A program made the translations under genes and the position numbers. A model generated the notes under the pieces. The model saw nothing but the letters and a program-made list of their open reading frames with translations. It did no database searches and was not told where the DNA came from. From the NCBI GenBank assembly GCA_016200255.1, contig JACQFA010000039.1:13678-77677 (forward strand): a stretch of DNA of 64,000 nt. Reading direction: 5' to 3'. The stretch's first letter is position 1. Every line of letters begins with the position of its first letter. This DNA comes from Nitrospirota bacterium. Lineage in GTDB: Bacteria > Nitrospirota > Nitrospiria > JACQBZ01. Positions 1 through 9,896 of this stretch are shown here, piece by piece.

Positions 1-804
1 CGCATCCAGTTGATGTTCCCCTTGAGGGTATTGATCTCGCCGTTGTGGCAGACATACCGGTACGGGTGGGCCCGGCTCCAGGTCGGAAAGGTGTTGGTCG
101 AAAAACGGGAATGGACGACGGCCAGGGCGCTCACGACACTCTCGTCGGCCAGATCCGGATAGAAAAGCGGGATCTGGTTCGGAAGCAGAAGACCTTTATA
201 GACCATCGTGTAGGCCGAGAGACTGGGGATGTAGAACGATCCGCGGCCTTCGAGCGCGGACTGCCGCACGGCATTTTCGATCCGTTTCCGGATCACGTAC
301 AACTTCCGTTCGAACTCGGCCTCGTTCAACGCGTCTCTTGCGATGAAGACCTGACGGATATACGGCCGGCTCTCCCGCGCCAGATCGCCCAGATGCGCCT
401 CTTTCACCGGCAGATCCCGCCAGCCCAAAAGCCGCTGGCCCTCCTCGCGGATGATCTTTTCAATCAGCGCTTCACACGGACTGCGCTGGGACGCTTCAGA
501 CGGAAGGAAAACCATTCCGACGCCGTACGCCCCGGCTCCGGGAAGACGGATCCCCGATTCTGCGCAGGCCCGTTTCAGGAATTCATGCGGAACCTGGATC
601 AGGATCCCGGCGCCGTCACCCGTGCAGGGGTCGCAGCCAACCGCACCACGGTGCGCCAGATTCTCAAGAACCTGAAGACCTTTTCGAACAATATCATGGG
701 ATTTATTGCCTTTGACGTTGGCAACAAATCCGATGCCGCAGGCCTCTTTCTCGAAACGGGGATCGTAGAGTCCCTGGGCGTCTGGAAGTCCGTTGGGATG
801 CATA
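1..804 (-). CDS. gltB: Glutamate synthase large subunit, N-terminal glutamine amidotransferase domain (partial; 3' end lies beyond window position 1)
   Basis: Reverse-strand translation gives MHPNGLPDAQGLYDPRFEKEACGIGFVANVKG...RFSTNTFPTWSRAHPYRYVCHNGEINTLKGNINWM. This contains the Ntn-amidotransferase catalytic Cys1 motif and the canonical HNGEINT motif of GltB. The start ATG is the complement of 802-804. This ORF is absent from the track because it runs off the window edge. Confidence 0.85.
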
Positions 805-913
805 TGTTAAAATTACTAAACTTGCACCCCTGGTGTCAATCTTTTTCCCTGATTGTCAGGGGCTTGCGTCGCCCCCTCTCTCTCGCCGCGCTCGCTGGGG
901 ATTTACTGACCCA

Positions 914-941
914 TTGCAATTAATATCTCTTTTGATATAAT
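914..941 (+). promoter_or_regulatory. Putative sigma70 promoter (TTGCAA-16-TATAAT) for the zinc-ribbon gene
   Basis: TTGCAA at 914-919, a 16-nt spacer, and TATAAT at 936-941, about 40 nt upstream of the ATG at 980. Confidence 0.45.
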
Positions 942-979
942 ACGTGGTACGAATTTCGAGGTTAATCAAGGAGAGCCAC

Positions 980-1303
980 ATGGCCAAGGAACTCGGCGAA
1001 CATGGATATGATCGGGAGGAAGAATATTTCTATAAGAAGAACAAGGAACTTCTGGACAAGATGCGCAAGGAATTGGATGCCAAGCGGGCCAAGCAGGAAG
1101 CCGAATCAAAGAAAAATCCGCACTGGATGAAATGCCCCAAGTGCGGCAAGGACCTGGAGGAGGTTCACCTGGCCGGAATCAAAGTGGATCAATGCACGAA
1201 CTGTCTGGGGATCTACTTCGATCAAAGCGAACTGGAGCTGCTTCTGGGCACGCAGGAGCGGGAGGGCTTTTTGGAAGGTCTAATACGACTCTTTCGGAAA
1301 TGA
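980..1303 (+). CDS. Small zinc-ribbon protein (zf-TFIIB-like CxxC...CxxC with YFDxxEL)
   Basis: MAKELGEHGY...MKCPKCGKDLEEVHLAGIKVDQCTNCLGIYFDQSELELL. An AAGGAGAG RBS lies 6 nt upstream of the ATG at 980, so the upstream in-frame ATG at 944 is probably not used. Confidence 0.6.
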   Translation: MAKELGEHGYDREEEYFYKKNKELLDKMRKELDAKRAKQEAESKKNPHWMKCPKCGKDLEEVHLAGIKVDQCTNCLGIYFDQSELELLLGTQEREGFLEGLIRLFRK

Positions 1304-1356
1304 GTCCCCGCCCGACCGTTTGAAAGCGAAGATTTAGGCACAACCCCGAGGAAACG

Positions 1357-3741
1357 ATGAAAGAGGGTGAGCGTTTTAAACGCGCATTCGAAGATGCCGC
1401 CATCGGCATCGCCCTCCTGGCCGTCAAACCTCTCGGTAAATACCTTGAGGTCAACCCGACCTTTTGCCGGATGACGGGCTACTCACGGGACGAACTGCTG
1501 GCCCGCGACTTTCAGAGCATCACGGCCTCTCAAGACATCGATAAAAACCTCGAACAGTTGCAATTACTGCTGCAAGGAAGCATCCCCTCCCTCCACTTGG
1601 AAAAACGGTACGTCAGAAAAGACGCCGGCTCGTTCTGGGCCCGCTTGTATGTCTCGTTTGTACGGAACGACCAGGGAGCCCCTCAATACTTTATCGTCCA
1701 AATTGAAGACATTGATGAGCGCAAGCGAGCGGAGGAGGCGCTACGCGCGAGTGAAGAGCGATTCCGCGCGTCATTCAAAAATGCGGTCGTCGGGATGGGA
1801 TTGGTTGATCGATCGGGACGGTTTGTCGAGACGAATCGAGCTTTATCCGATATTACCGGCTACTCGGAGGAGGAGCTGAAGAGGCTGACGTTCAGGGATA
1901 TCACCCATCCCGATGATCGGGCGGACAATAACGCCATTTATCAAAAAATGATGGAAGAAAAGCGGGAAGGGATCGTGATCGAGAAACGGTATCGCAGAAA
2001 GGATGGAGCAATCGTCTGGGTCACCGTCAGTGTGGGAGCGATTTTCGACATGCAAGGCAACATCACGCATACAATCGGGCTGATCGAAGACATCACCGAG
2101 CGCAAGCGGGCGGAGGAGGCGCTGGTCGAGTCGAGTCAATTCAATCAACAGGTCATCACCAATGCGCGCGAAGGCATCATCGTTTACGATCGTGAAATAC
2201 GATACAAGGTTTGGAACGCGTTCATGGAGGAACAGACCGGCCTGCGGAAGGAGGAGGTCTTGGGAAAACACCCCACGGACATCTTTCCGCTTCTCAAAGA
2301 GCGGGGGAGAATATTCGTCGAGAAAGAGACGATGGAAGGGATCCAGGCCTCGGCGAAACGGGCGTTGACTGGCGAGACCTTCACGTACTTTGACGTCCCA
2401 TTCCTTATACCCCAAACCGGCGCGACGGGTTGGAATTCGGTGCGATTCGGTCCGTTCCGCAACGCGCAGGGCGAGATCATCGGCGCCATCGCGACCGTGT
2501 GGGAGATCACCGAGCACAAACGGCTGGAAGAACAACTCCGCCATGCGCAAAAACTTGAAGCAATCGGCCAACTGGCCGGAGGCGTGGCTCATGAGTTCAA
2601 CAACATGCTGACGGCCATCATCGGCAATCTCGATCTGGCCATCGGTCAGATCCCCCCGGAATCGGATCAGCATTCCACCCTGACCGGTGCGTTGCAGGCC
2701 GCGCGCCGCGCCGCAATGCTGACGCAACAGCTGCTCACCTTCAGCCATCGAAGCCCGATGGATCCTCAACCTCAGAACTTGGGTCTCATCGCCGATGAAG
2801 TTGTACACCTGCTTCGTCAAACGATCGATCGCCGCATCCAGGTCTCCGTCCGGAACGGGAACGGTCTCTGGCCGGTTCTGGCCGATGCCGGCCAGTTGCA
2901 CCAGGTCATCATGAATCTCTGCGTCAATGCACGAGACTCCCTCGTGGAACACATGGAAGAACTCTCTCTCCCTTCCGTCCCGCCCGCATGGGAGCCCCGG
3001 ATCCTCATCGCTTCGGAGAATGTGCATCTCGATGAAGCCGATTGCAAGGGGCGTTTCGAAGCCCGTCCGGGAGAGTATGTCTGCCTCTCGGTCAGAGATA
3101 ACGGATGCGGCATTGATGAAGAGGTCCGCCATCGTATTTTCGAACCTTTCTTCACCACCAAGGAAGTCGGTCACGGCACGGGGCTGGGCCTGGCCGCGGT
3201 ACATGGGATCATCAAACAACATGAAGGATGGATCGAACTATCCAGCATGAAAAACCTGGAGACGACCTTCAAGATCTACCTCCCCCGCACGCATCGCACG
3301 ACCGTCCCGGTGCCTGCAAGCAGCACAGAGGAAGGGATCACGCGTGGGACCGAAATCATTCTGTTCGTCGATGACGAAGCGTCGATCCGCCGGCTGGGTC
3401 AAACCATACTGGAACATCACGGCTACAGCGTTCTGCTGGCGAAAAACGGCGAGGAAGCACTGGAGGTTTTTCAACGGGAGCACGATCGCATCAAGCTGGT
3501 TGTTCTTGACCTGACGATGCCCCGTATGTCGGGACTGGAAGTTTTAAAGCGGCTGCTGAAGCTCGATCCTAAAATCAGAGTTCTGATCTCAAGCGGCCAT
3601 CACATGGCCGGCGATTCCGGCGAACTTCAGAATCTCGGGGCGGTTGAATTTGTTCCGAAACCCTACCGGCCCGACGATCTGGTGCGAAGCGTGAGAAAAC
3701 TTTTGGACGCCTCCGCTTCTCCACAAAGACAAGCCTCTTGA
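1357..3741 (+). CDS. Hybrid sensor histidine kinase (multiple PAS/PAC, HisKA, HATPase_c, C-terminal receiver domain)
   Basis: Repeated PAS segments; H-box LEAIGQLAGGVAHEFNNMLTAI; ATPase G-boxes DNGCGIDEE...GHGTGLGLAAVHGI; C-terminal REC domain ILFVDDEASIRR...VVLDLTMPRMSGLEVLKRL. Confidence 0.9.
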   Translation: MKEGERFKRAFEDAAIGIALLAVKPLGKYLEVNPTFCRMTGYSRDELLARDFQSITASQDIDKNLEQLQLLLQGSIPSLHLEKRYVRKDAGSFWARLYVSFVRNDQGAPQYFIVQIEDIDERKRAEEALRASEERFRASFKNAVVGMGLVDRSGRFVETNRALSDITGYSEEELKRLTFRDITHPDDRADNNAIYQKMMEEKREGIVIEKRYRRKDGAIVWVTVSVGAIFDMQGNITHTIGLIEDITERKRAEEALVESSQFNQQVITNAREGIIVYDREIRYKVWNAFMEEQTGLRKEEVLGKHPTDIFPLLKERGRIFVEKETMEGIQASAKRALTGETFTYFDVPFLIPQTGATGWNSVRFGPFRNAQGEIIGAIATVWEITEHKRLEEQLRHAQKLEAIGQLAGGVAHEFNNMLTAIIGNLDLAIGQIPPESDQHSTLTGALQAARRAAMLTQQLLTFSHRSPMDPQPQNLGLIADEVVHLLRQTIDRRIQVSVRNGNGLWPVLADAGQLHQVIMNLCVNARDSLVEHMEELSLPSVPPAWEPRILIASENVHLDEADCKGRFEARPGEYVCLSVRDNGCGIDEEVRHRIFEPFFTTKEVGHGTGLGLAAVHGIIKQHEGWIELSSMKNLETTFKIYLPRTHRTTVPVPASSTEEGITRGTEIILFVDDEASIRRLGQTILEHHGYSVLLAKNGEEALEVFQREHDRIKLVVLDLTMPRMSGLEVLKRLLKLDPKIRVLISSGHHMAGDSGELQNLGAVEFVPKPYRPDDLVRSVRKLLDASASPQRQAS

Positions 3742-3780
3742 ACTACCGCATCCGGCGCCTGTATAATGAGACCAAACCTT

Positions 3781-3880
3781 CCCAGCGAGTAAAACGAGCG
3801 AGAGGGGGAGGCTCCATCCGGCTTTATCGGCCTGCACTCGGCGGTTTGCAGCCGATGTGTGGAGGGGGCGACGCGAGCCC
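3781..3880. repeat. Dispersed intergenic repeat, copy A (carries an extra internal hairpin), immediately upstream of the yggX RBS
   Basis: ccagcgagtaaaacgagcgagagggggaggctccatccggct...ggagggggcgacgcgagcccct matches 60641-60718 over about 65 nt. Copy A carries a 37-nt insert that forms the hairpin atcggcctgca/tgcagccgat. Confidence 0.7.
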
Positions 3881-3899
3881 CTAAACATAGGAGGATCGC

Positions 3900-4151
3900 A
3901 TGGCCGAGGTAAAGTGTGTGCATTGTCTTCAAACCCGCGAGGGGATTACGGGATACGCTTATGGGGGAAAGCTCGAGGCCGAGATCAAGTCGAAAATCTG
4001 CAATCCCTGCTGGCAGGAATGGAAGGCCATGTCGATCAAGGTCATCAACGAATACCGCCTGGATCTCAACGATCCGAACGCGAACAAGACGCTCATGGAG
4101 AATATGCGGGGCTTCCTCAATATGCCCAGCACCGAGGGCCAGCCGAAGTAA
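3900..4151 (+). CDS. yggX: Fe(2+)-trafficking / oxidative-damage protectant protein YggX
   Basis: MAEVKCVHCLQTREGITGYAYGGKLEAEI..CNPCWQEWKAMSIKVINEYRLDLNDP matches the YggX family pattern. A strong RBS (taGGAGGatcgcATG) precedes the start. Confidence 0.8.
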   Translation: MAEVKCVHCLQTREGITGYAYGGKLEAEIKSKICNPCWQEWKAMSIKVINEYRLDLNDPNANKTLMENMRGFLNMPSTEGQPK

Positions 4152-4166
4152 ACCGGCATTAGACGC

Positions 4167-4850
4167 TCAGGCGTAACGGTCTTCCGTCCAGGGATCGGCC
4201 GTATTGGAATAGCCGCGGACTTCCCAATATCCCGGACGGTCCTGGGCCAGAAAGATCATCGCCTTGATCCACTTGGCTCCCTTCCAGGCGTACAGCGTTG
4301 GAACGATCATCCTTGCCGGTCCGCCGTGTTCGCGCGTCAGCGGAAGATCGTTCCAGCGGTGGGCGATCACCACATCGTCGTGATCCAGAACGGACAACGG
4401 AACATTGACGGAATAGCCGTCATGTGAGGTGAACGAAACGAATTTCGCTTCGGGTTTCGGCCGGACCACCTGGAGGAGATGCTTGAAGGAGACCCCCTGC
4501 CAGCGATTATCGAAGGTGCTCCAGGTCGTGACGCAATGGAAATCCGACACGGAGGTGACCTGCGGTTGGGCCATGAAATCCTGCCAGTCCCATGTCACCG
4601 GATTCTCGACGAGCCCTTGAACATCCAGCGACCATTTCTCAAACGTCACATCGGGCTGGATGCCCAGATCCAGTACCGGAAAACCCTTCACCCTGTGCTG
4701 ACCGGGGGGCAGCCTCGGCTTTTCGATTGAAAGCGCGTCCGGATTCTGACGGACTGAAACCCCTTCCTCGCGGGCCTGCGGCGTCAGTCCCCGCTTCTCC
4801 CGCGCCCAGTCCTCTTTTTTCTTTATCAGTTTGTCGTTGGACTCGCTCAT
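4167..4850 (-). CDS. Sulfite-oxidase-like molybdopterin oxidoreductase (YedY/MsrP-type Mo-binding domain)
   Basis: FPVLDLGIQPDVTFEKWSLDVQGLVENPVTWDWQDF...SDFHCVTTWSTFDNRWQGVSF...HGGPARMIVPTLYAWKGAKWIK carries the sulfite-oxidase-family Mo-domain signature. Confidence 0.75.
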   Translation of the reverse strand: MSESNDKLIKKKEDWAREKRGLTPQAREEGVSVRQNPDALSIEKPRLPPGQHRVKGFPVLDLGIQPDVTFEKWSLDVQGLVENPVTWDWQDFMAQPQVTSVSDFHCVTTWSTFDNRWQGVSFKHLLQVVRPKPEAKFVSFTSHDGYSVNVPLSVLDHDDVVIAHRWNDLPLTREHGGPARMIVPTLYAWKGAKWIKAMIFLAQDRPGYWEVRGYSNTADPWTEDRYA

Positions 4851-4976
4851 CGCGTTTCATTCTAACATCGGCCATCCGCCTGTGCAAGATCAGTTCATTC
4901 CGCAATTTGACATACCGTTGCTGAACCCTTTATATTAGTCAGATTCTTTATTGAGTTCAGTCGAAGGACACGGCTT

Positions 4977-6950
4977 ATGATATCGATTCAAGAGATCTCA
5001 AAACGTTTCGGCGGCCGCACGCTGTTCCGCGAGGCCTCGCTCCGCATCGGCATCGAGGATCGCATGGCATTGGTCGGGCCGAACGGCGCCGGAAAAACGA
5101 CGCTGATCGAGATGATTGCCGGCCGGGTGTCGCCCGACAGCGGGACAATCGCGATCAACAAAAAAGCCGTGATCGGCTATCTGACTCAGGAGCTGGAGGC
5201 CCATCAGGGCAAAACCGTTTTGGACGAGGTGTTGTCGGGCGGCGCGGACGTCTCGTCCATCGAGCATCATCTGCGTCTTCTCGAAGAGGAGATCGCGACG
5301 GCCCCGCCTGAAACGGCCGAGGAGCTGCTGGCCCATTACGGCGAGCTCCAGGCGAAGTACGAACACCTCGGCGGCTATTCGCGCGAGGCCCGCGCACGGG
5401 AGGTTCTTTTCGGCCTCGGCTTCAAGGAAAAACATCTCTCGCGGCCGATGGAGGATCTTTCGGGCGGATGGCGGATGCGGGCCGCGCTGGCCCGGCTGCT
5501 ACTGTCCGGGCCGGATGTTTTGCTTTTGGACGAACCGACCAACCATCTTGATCTGGAATCGGTCGTCTGGCTCGAGACCTTCCTGTCCGACTACGCCGGG
5601 GCGATTCTGTTGATCTCCCATGACCGGAATTTCATGAACCGGCTTGCCACTCGCGTCGTCGAGATCGACCGGCAGCAACTGATCTCCTACACGGGAAATT
5701 ACGACCGGTTCGTCATCGCCAAGGCCGAGGCGCAGGAAATTCTTGAGTCGACCGCCAAAAACCAGCAGAAAAAGATCGACCAGACACAGGCCTTCATCGA
5801 CCGGTTCCGGGCCCAGGCCACGAAGGCCCGCCAGGTCCAGAGCCGGATCAAGATGCTGGACAAGATGGAAAAAGTCGATACGGGCCTTCAGCAAAAACGG
5901 GTCCGGTTCTCGTTCCCGGAACCGCCCCGCTCCGGCGAATCCGTGATCCGTTTGATCGAGATGGACAAATCCTACGACGACAACCCGATCTACCGCGGAC
6001 TGAATGTCGAACTCCGCCGCGGCGAGCGGGTCGCGCTGGTCGGGCCCAACGGGGCAGGGAAATCGACGCTGCTCAAACTACTGGCCGGCGTACTGCCGTT
6101 TGAGAAAGGCGAGCGGAAGCTGGGTCATAACGTGACACAGGCCTATTACGCGCAGCATCAGCTCGATCTTTTAAGCCCGGACAACACCGTTCTGGATGAA
6201 ATCATGCTGGCCGCGCCGATGGAAGAACAGTCCTTCCTCCGAGCCATTCTCGGCCGGTTTCTGTTTTCGGGCGACGACGCGAAAAAGAAGGTGGCCGTTC
6301 TCTCCGGCGGCGAGAAGAGCCGTCTCGCGCTGGCCAAGATGCTGATCCGTCCGGCGAACCTTCTCCTGATGGACGAACCGACGAACCATCTCGACATCCC
6401 GTCCCGCGACGTCCTCGAAGAGGCGCTCAACGGTTATTCCGGAACGCTTTGCTTCATCACGCATGACCGTCATTTCATCCGGTCCGTGGCGAACAGGATC
6501 ATCGATGTCCGGAACGGCGAGGCGACGCCCTACGCAGGCGACTACGATTATTACCTTTATAAGAAGAAGGCGATGGCCAATGGGATGGCTGCGGCTCTGG
6601 GCGAGCGGCCGGCGCAGGACGGCCCCCCGCCAACGGTTGATCCAAAATCCCAACCGGCAAAGATCCGGAAGACCAGGGAGCAAAAGCGGGCCGAGGCCGA
6701 GGCGCGCAATCGTCTGTACCGTGAAAAAAATCCGTTAAAGGACAAACTGTCCGGGATCGAGTCGGAGATTGACGAGGCGGAGAAAGTGTTTCAGGACCTT
6801 ACGACCGCTCTGGCTGATCCGGAATTGTACCGGGACAAGAAACGGTTTTTTGAAATGATGACGGCCCACACACAGGCCAAGCGCAAGGTGGAGGAACTCA
6901 CGGCCGAGTGGGAACGGCTGTCGGCCGAGGCGGAAAAAGAGAAGTCATAA
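4977..6950 (+). CDS. ABC-F family ATPase (Uup/YheS-like; tandem ABC domains plus C-terminal coiled coil)
   Basis: Two Walker A motifs (GPNGAGKTT and GPNGAGKST) and two LSGG signatures (LSGGWRMR and LSGGEKSRL). No transmembrane domain. Lys/Glu-rich C-terminal tail. Confidence 0.9.
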   Translation: MISIQEISKRFGGRTLFREASLRIGIEDRMALVGPNGAGKTTLIEMIAGRVSPDSGTIAINKKAVIGYLTQELEAHQGKTVLDEVLSGGADVSSIEHHLRLLEEEIATAPPETAEELLAHYGELQAKYEHLGGYSREARAREVLFGLGFKEKHLSRPMEDLSGGWRMRAALARLLLSGPDVLLLDEPTNHLDLESVVWLETFLSDYAGAILLISHDRNFMNRLATRVVEIDRQQLISYTGNYDRFVIAKAEAQEILESTAKNQQKKIDQTQAFIDRFRAQATKARQVQSRIKMLDKMEKVDTGLQQKRVRFSFPEPPRSGESVIRLIEMDKSYDDNPIYRGLNVELRRGERVALVGPNGAGKSTLLKLLAGVLPFEKGERKLGHNVTQAYYAQHQLDLLSPDNTVLDEIMLAAPMEEQSFLRAILGRFLFSGDDAKKKVAVLSGGEKSRLALAKMLIRPANLLLMDEPTNHLDIPSRDVLEEALNGYSGTLCFITHDRHFIRSVANRIIDVRNGEATPYAGDYDYYLYKKKAMANGMAAALGERPAQDGPPPTVDPKSQPAKIRKTREQKRAEAEARNRLYREKNPLKDKLSGIESEIDEAEKVFQDLTTALADPELYRDKKRFFEMMTAHTQAKRKVEELTAEWERLSAEAEKEKS

Positions 6951-7322
6951 TCTTCTAAAAAGCGCAACAAGATCGCTGAAGCCGGACGCCTTCAGACGGC
7001 CTTCCGTCATCAGCCGGACGGCCTCTTCCTTGATCGCCGCCCGTTTCGGGTCCTTCGATCCTGTCTTCTCATGCCCGGCCGCGATCCGGAGCGCGTCGTT
7101 CAAATCTTTTTCGAGCTTGTCCTTCACAATCGCATTTTTTTCAAGCCGCGGCAGAAGCGAAGACCAGATAAGCCGGAGTTGTTCGGAAAACTGGTCCGGC
7201 GTGAACTGGTCCACCGCACTCTCCCCGGCGGCCGGCTGAAGCGACTTCCATAACAGGGTATAGAACCGCGTGAGTTCCGCGGCCAGATCCAAAAAAATCT
7301 TTTCCTTGCCCGTCTCGCTCAT
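6945..7322 (-). CDS. Hypothetical protein (125 aa)
   Basis: ORF immediately downstream of the transketolase subunit gene, coupled on the minus strand. No recognisable domain. Confidence 0.4.
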   Translation of the reverse strand: MSETGKEKIFLDLAAELTRFYTLLWKSLQPAAGESAVDQFTPDQFSEQLRLIWSSLLPRLEKNAIVKDKLEKDLNDALRIAAGHEKTGSKDPKRAAIKEEAVRLMTEGRLKASGFSDLVALFRRL

Positions 7323-8246
7323 TTAACAGACCGTCTCGATCGCCTCGACGATCGCCTTCGCGGTAAGGCCGTATCGTTCGAACAACTGGGCCGGCATTCC
7401 CGACTCGGCATAGGTATTTTTCAAGCCCACGAACTCCATCGGGACAGGATGGTTCTGGACAACGACTTGGGCCACGCGGCTTCCCAATCCGCCATCAATC
7501 AGATGTTCCTCGGCCGTCACGATCGCGCCGGTCTCCCGGGCCGCCGCAATGACGGCCGCCTCGTCCAGCGGCTTGACGGTATGCATGTCGATCACGCGGA
7601 CATCGATCCCCTTCTCGACGCAGAGCTCGGCCGCCTCCAGCGCCTCCCAGACCATCATCCCGATCGCGATCACGGTCACGTCCTTGCCGGGCCGCAGGAG
7701 TTTGGCCCGTCCGATCTCAAACGACTCTCCCGGCGAATAGATCACCGGCGTATTCGGCCGGCTGGTCCGGATAAAGACCGGGCCCTGATATTCCGCGGCC
7801 CGTTTCACGAGCGCGCGCGCGGCGACTTCATCCGCCGGAACGAGCACCGTGAATTTCGGGAGCGAGCAGGCCAGCGCGATATCCTCCACGGCCATCTGAG
7901 ACGCGCCGTCCTGGCCGAGGCTGATCCCGCTGTGCGAGCCGCACAACTTGACGTTCAGGTGTGGGTTCGCGACCGACATCCGCAGCTGGTCGTAGGTCTT
8001 GCACATGAGGAAGGCCGAGAAGCTTGAGGCGAACGGAATCTTTCCGCAGGAGGCAAAGCCGGCCGCGGCTGAAACGAGGTTGGCCTCGGCGATGCCGAAA
8101 TTGAAAAACCGGTCCGGAAACTCCTTGGCGAACATCCGGCTCTTGGTCGATCCAGAAACGTCGCCGTCCAAGACCACAACGTTGGGATTTTCCTTCCCGA
8201 GCTCGGCCAGCGCAAGCCCGTAGGCATCCCGGGTCGCCAGCCCCAT
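7323..8246 (-). CDS. Transketolase, C-terminal (pyrimidine-binding) subunit of a split transketolase
   Basis: MGLATRDAYGLALAELGKENPNVVVLDGDVSGSTK...FNFGIAEANLVSAAAGFA...VKPLD. The likely start is at MGLATRD, preceded by GGGAGGG. No N-terminal subunit gene is adjacent in this window. Confidence 0.85.
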   Translation of the reverse strand: MGLATRDAYGLALAELGKENPNVVVLDGDVSGSTKSRMFAKEFPDRFFNFGIAEANLVSAAAGFASCGKIPFASSFSAFLMCKTYDQLRMSVANPHLNVKLCGSHSGISLGQDGASQMAVEDIALACSLPKFTVLVPADEVAARALVKRAAEYQGPVFIRTSRPNTPVIYSPGESFEIGRAKLLRPGKDVTVIAIGMMVWEALEAAELCVEKGIDVRVIDMHTVKPLDEAAVIAAARETGAIVTAEEHLIDGGLGSRVAQVVVQNHPVPMEFVGLKNTYAESGMPAQLFERYGLTAKAIVEAIETVC

Positions 8247-8420
8247 CTTTTTTTCGCGCGTCGTCACAGAGAAACCCTCCCATGAATTTCTTATCGAACA
8301 TGAACTGTCCCGATCATAATCGTGCGCCATTACGATGTCAAGTCATCTCCGGCCCGGGCCTTGACAAATAAAACCGCAACTTGTAACCTCTAATAGAAGA
8401 ACGTAGTATGGGGGATTCCT

Positions 8421-9551
8421 GTGGAAAACTTCAGTCCATCCAGACCGACATCATCGAAACCCTTGTTGAGACATATTGTCCTTGGGTTTATCAGTCTAAG
8501 CCTGATCTTTTTGTTTAACACCATGCCCCACACCGGTCCAACCGGACTGACCGCCAGCGCCATGAGCAGCGCGCGGATAGATACCCCATGGCTGGGGACC
8601 CGCCAACTGGGATCATCTGGTAACGATAACCCTTCTGCGGTCGCCGTGGACGGAAGAGGGAATATCTATATTGCGGGCTTCACCGATGGCGATCTCGATG
8701 GGAACACCAATGCCGGAGGTAACGACCTCTTCCTGGTCAAGTACAATGCCGCCGGCAAAAAGATTTGGACCCGCCAGTTTGGAACAGCCGGTAGCGACAG
8801 GGCTTGCGGCGTCGCCATAGATGAAAGAGGGAATATCTATCTATCAGTCACCACCTCCGGCGACCTCGATGGAAATACGAATGCCGGACTTGCTGACCTC
8901 TCCATCGTCAAGTACAACGCCGATGGCAAAAAGATTTGGACCCGCCAGTTGGGAACACCCTTTATAGATCACGCTCAGGGCATCGCCACGAATGGAAGAC
9001 GAAACATTTATGTGGCGGGCCATACCGACGGGGACCTCGATGGAAACACGAATACCGGACTCACCGACCCCTACCTCGTCAAGTACGATGCCGACGGCAA
9101 TAAACTTTGGACCCGCCAGGTCGGAACAGCCGGTAACGAGCAGGCTTTAGCGGTCGCCGAGGATGGAAGCGGGAATATCTATGTGACGGCCGACGGCAAT
9201 AAACTTTGGACCCGCCAGTTCGGAACAGCCGGTGACGATGAGGCTTCAGCGGTCGCCGTGGACGGAAGCGGGAATGCCTATGTGACGGGTTACACCTACG
9301 GCGATCTCGATGGAAACACGAATGCCGGACTCGCCGACCCCTTCCTCGTCAAGTATGATGCCGATGGCAATAAACTTTGGACCCGCCAGTTCGGAACAGC
9401 CGGTACCGACACGGCTACCGGCGTCGCCATAGATGGAAGCGGGAATATCTATGTGACGGGCTACACCTACGGCGACCTCGACGGAAACGCGAATGCCGGA
9501 CTCGCCGACCTTTTCCTCGTCAAGTACGATGCTGATGGCAATAAGCAGTAA
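8421..9551 (+). CDS. SBBP (beta-propeller) repeat protein with N-terminal signal anchor
   Basis: Repeats of the form ...AVAVDGxGNIYVTGYTxGDLDGNTNAGLADxFLVKYDADGNKLWTRQFGTAG...; N-terminal hydrophobic segment IVLGFISLSLIFLF. The track starts the ORF at a GTG. The ORF ends in mid-repeat. Confidence 0.7.
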   Translation: MENFSPSRPTSSKPLLRHIVLGFISLSLIFLFNTMPHTGPTGLTASAMSSARIDTPWLGTRQLGSSGNDNPSAVAVDGRGNIYIAGFTDGDLDGNTNAGGNDLFLVKYNAAGKKIWTRQFGTAGSDRACGVAIDERGNIYLSVTTSGDLDGNTNAGLADLSIVKYNADGKKIWTRQLGTPFIDHAQGIATNGRRNIYVAGHTDGDLDGNTNTGLTDPYLVKYDADGNKLWTRQVGTAGNEQALAVAEDGSGNIYVTADGNKLWTRQFGTAGDDEASAVAVDGSGNAYVTGYTYGDLDGNTNAGLADPFLVKYDADGNKLWTRQFGTAGTDTATGVAIDGSGNIYVTGYTYGDLDGNANAGLADLFLVKYDADGNKQ

Positions 9552-9784
9552 ATGGAACGACAACCAACCGCACCACGCTGGTCACGTAAAGGGGTAAAGG
9601 CTCAAGTCTGCTCTTGACTCATCTTGGATGATCGTGTTATCTTCCCGCCATGTCACGTCCCCTTTGCATTGAATATCCGGCGCCTACTATCACGTCATGA
9701 ACCGGGGCTTGGCCTACCAGTGGGAAGGTTGACGGACTTTTGATTTTTCGGCTCGCCGCATCGTGCAGTGAAATCCCGCGACTG

Positions 9785-9814
9785 TTGACAAACGAATTCG
9801 AGCTACACTACAAT
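9785..9814 (+). promoter_or_regulatory. Putative sigma70 promoter for acs (TTGACA-18-TACAAT)
   Basis: TTGACA at 9785-9790 and TACAAT at 9809-9814, about 80 nt upstream of the acs ATG. Confidence 0.45.
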
Positions 9815-9896
9815 AACTCCGTTTATTGTCGGCATCGTTTCTCAATTCAAGATCACACCCATTATCTCACCGTCAAGAGCACCCGGAGGTCTTTAT

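Noticed and set aside
45-923. 292-aa plus-strand ORF at the window start
   Set aside because: Its sequence is Arg/Gly-rich and non-proteinlike. The opposite strand encodes an unmistakable GltB N-terminus (CGIGF..., HNGEINT), so this is an antisense artefact.
1843-3222. 459-aa minus-strand ORF
   Set aside because: Antisense to the well-supported hybrid histidine kinase; no domain signals.
8640-9540. Possible CRISPR-like periodic repeats
   Set aside because: The periodicity comes from coding tandem repeats (SBBP beta-propeller blades, about 150-nt units with variable sequence). There is no spacer/repeat architecture and no cas genes. The same applies to the NHL (46.4-47.3 kb) and ankyrin (20.4-21.4 kb) arrays.
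9563-9590. 14-nt identity (ccaaccgcaccacg) between 9567-9580 and about 643-656
   Set aside because: Too short, with different flanks; consistent with chance in GC-rich sequence.
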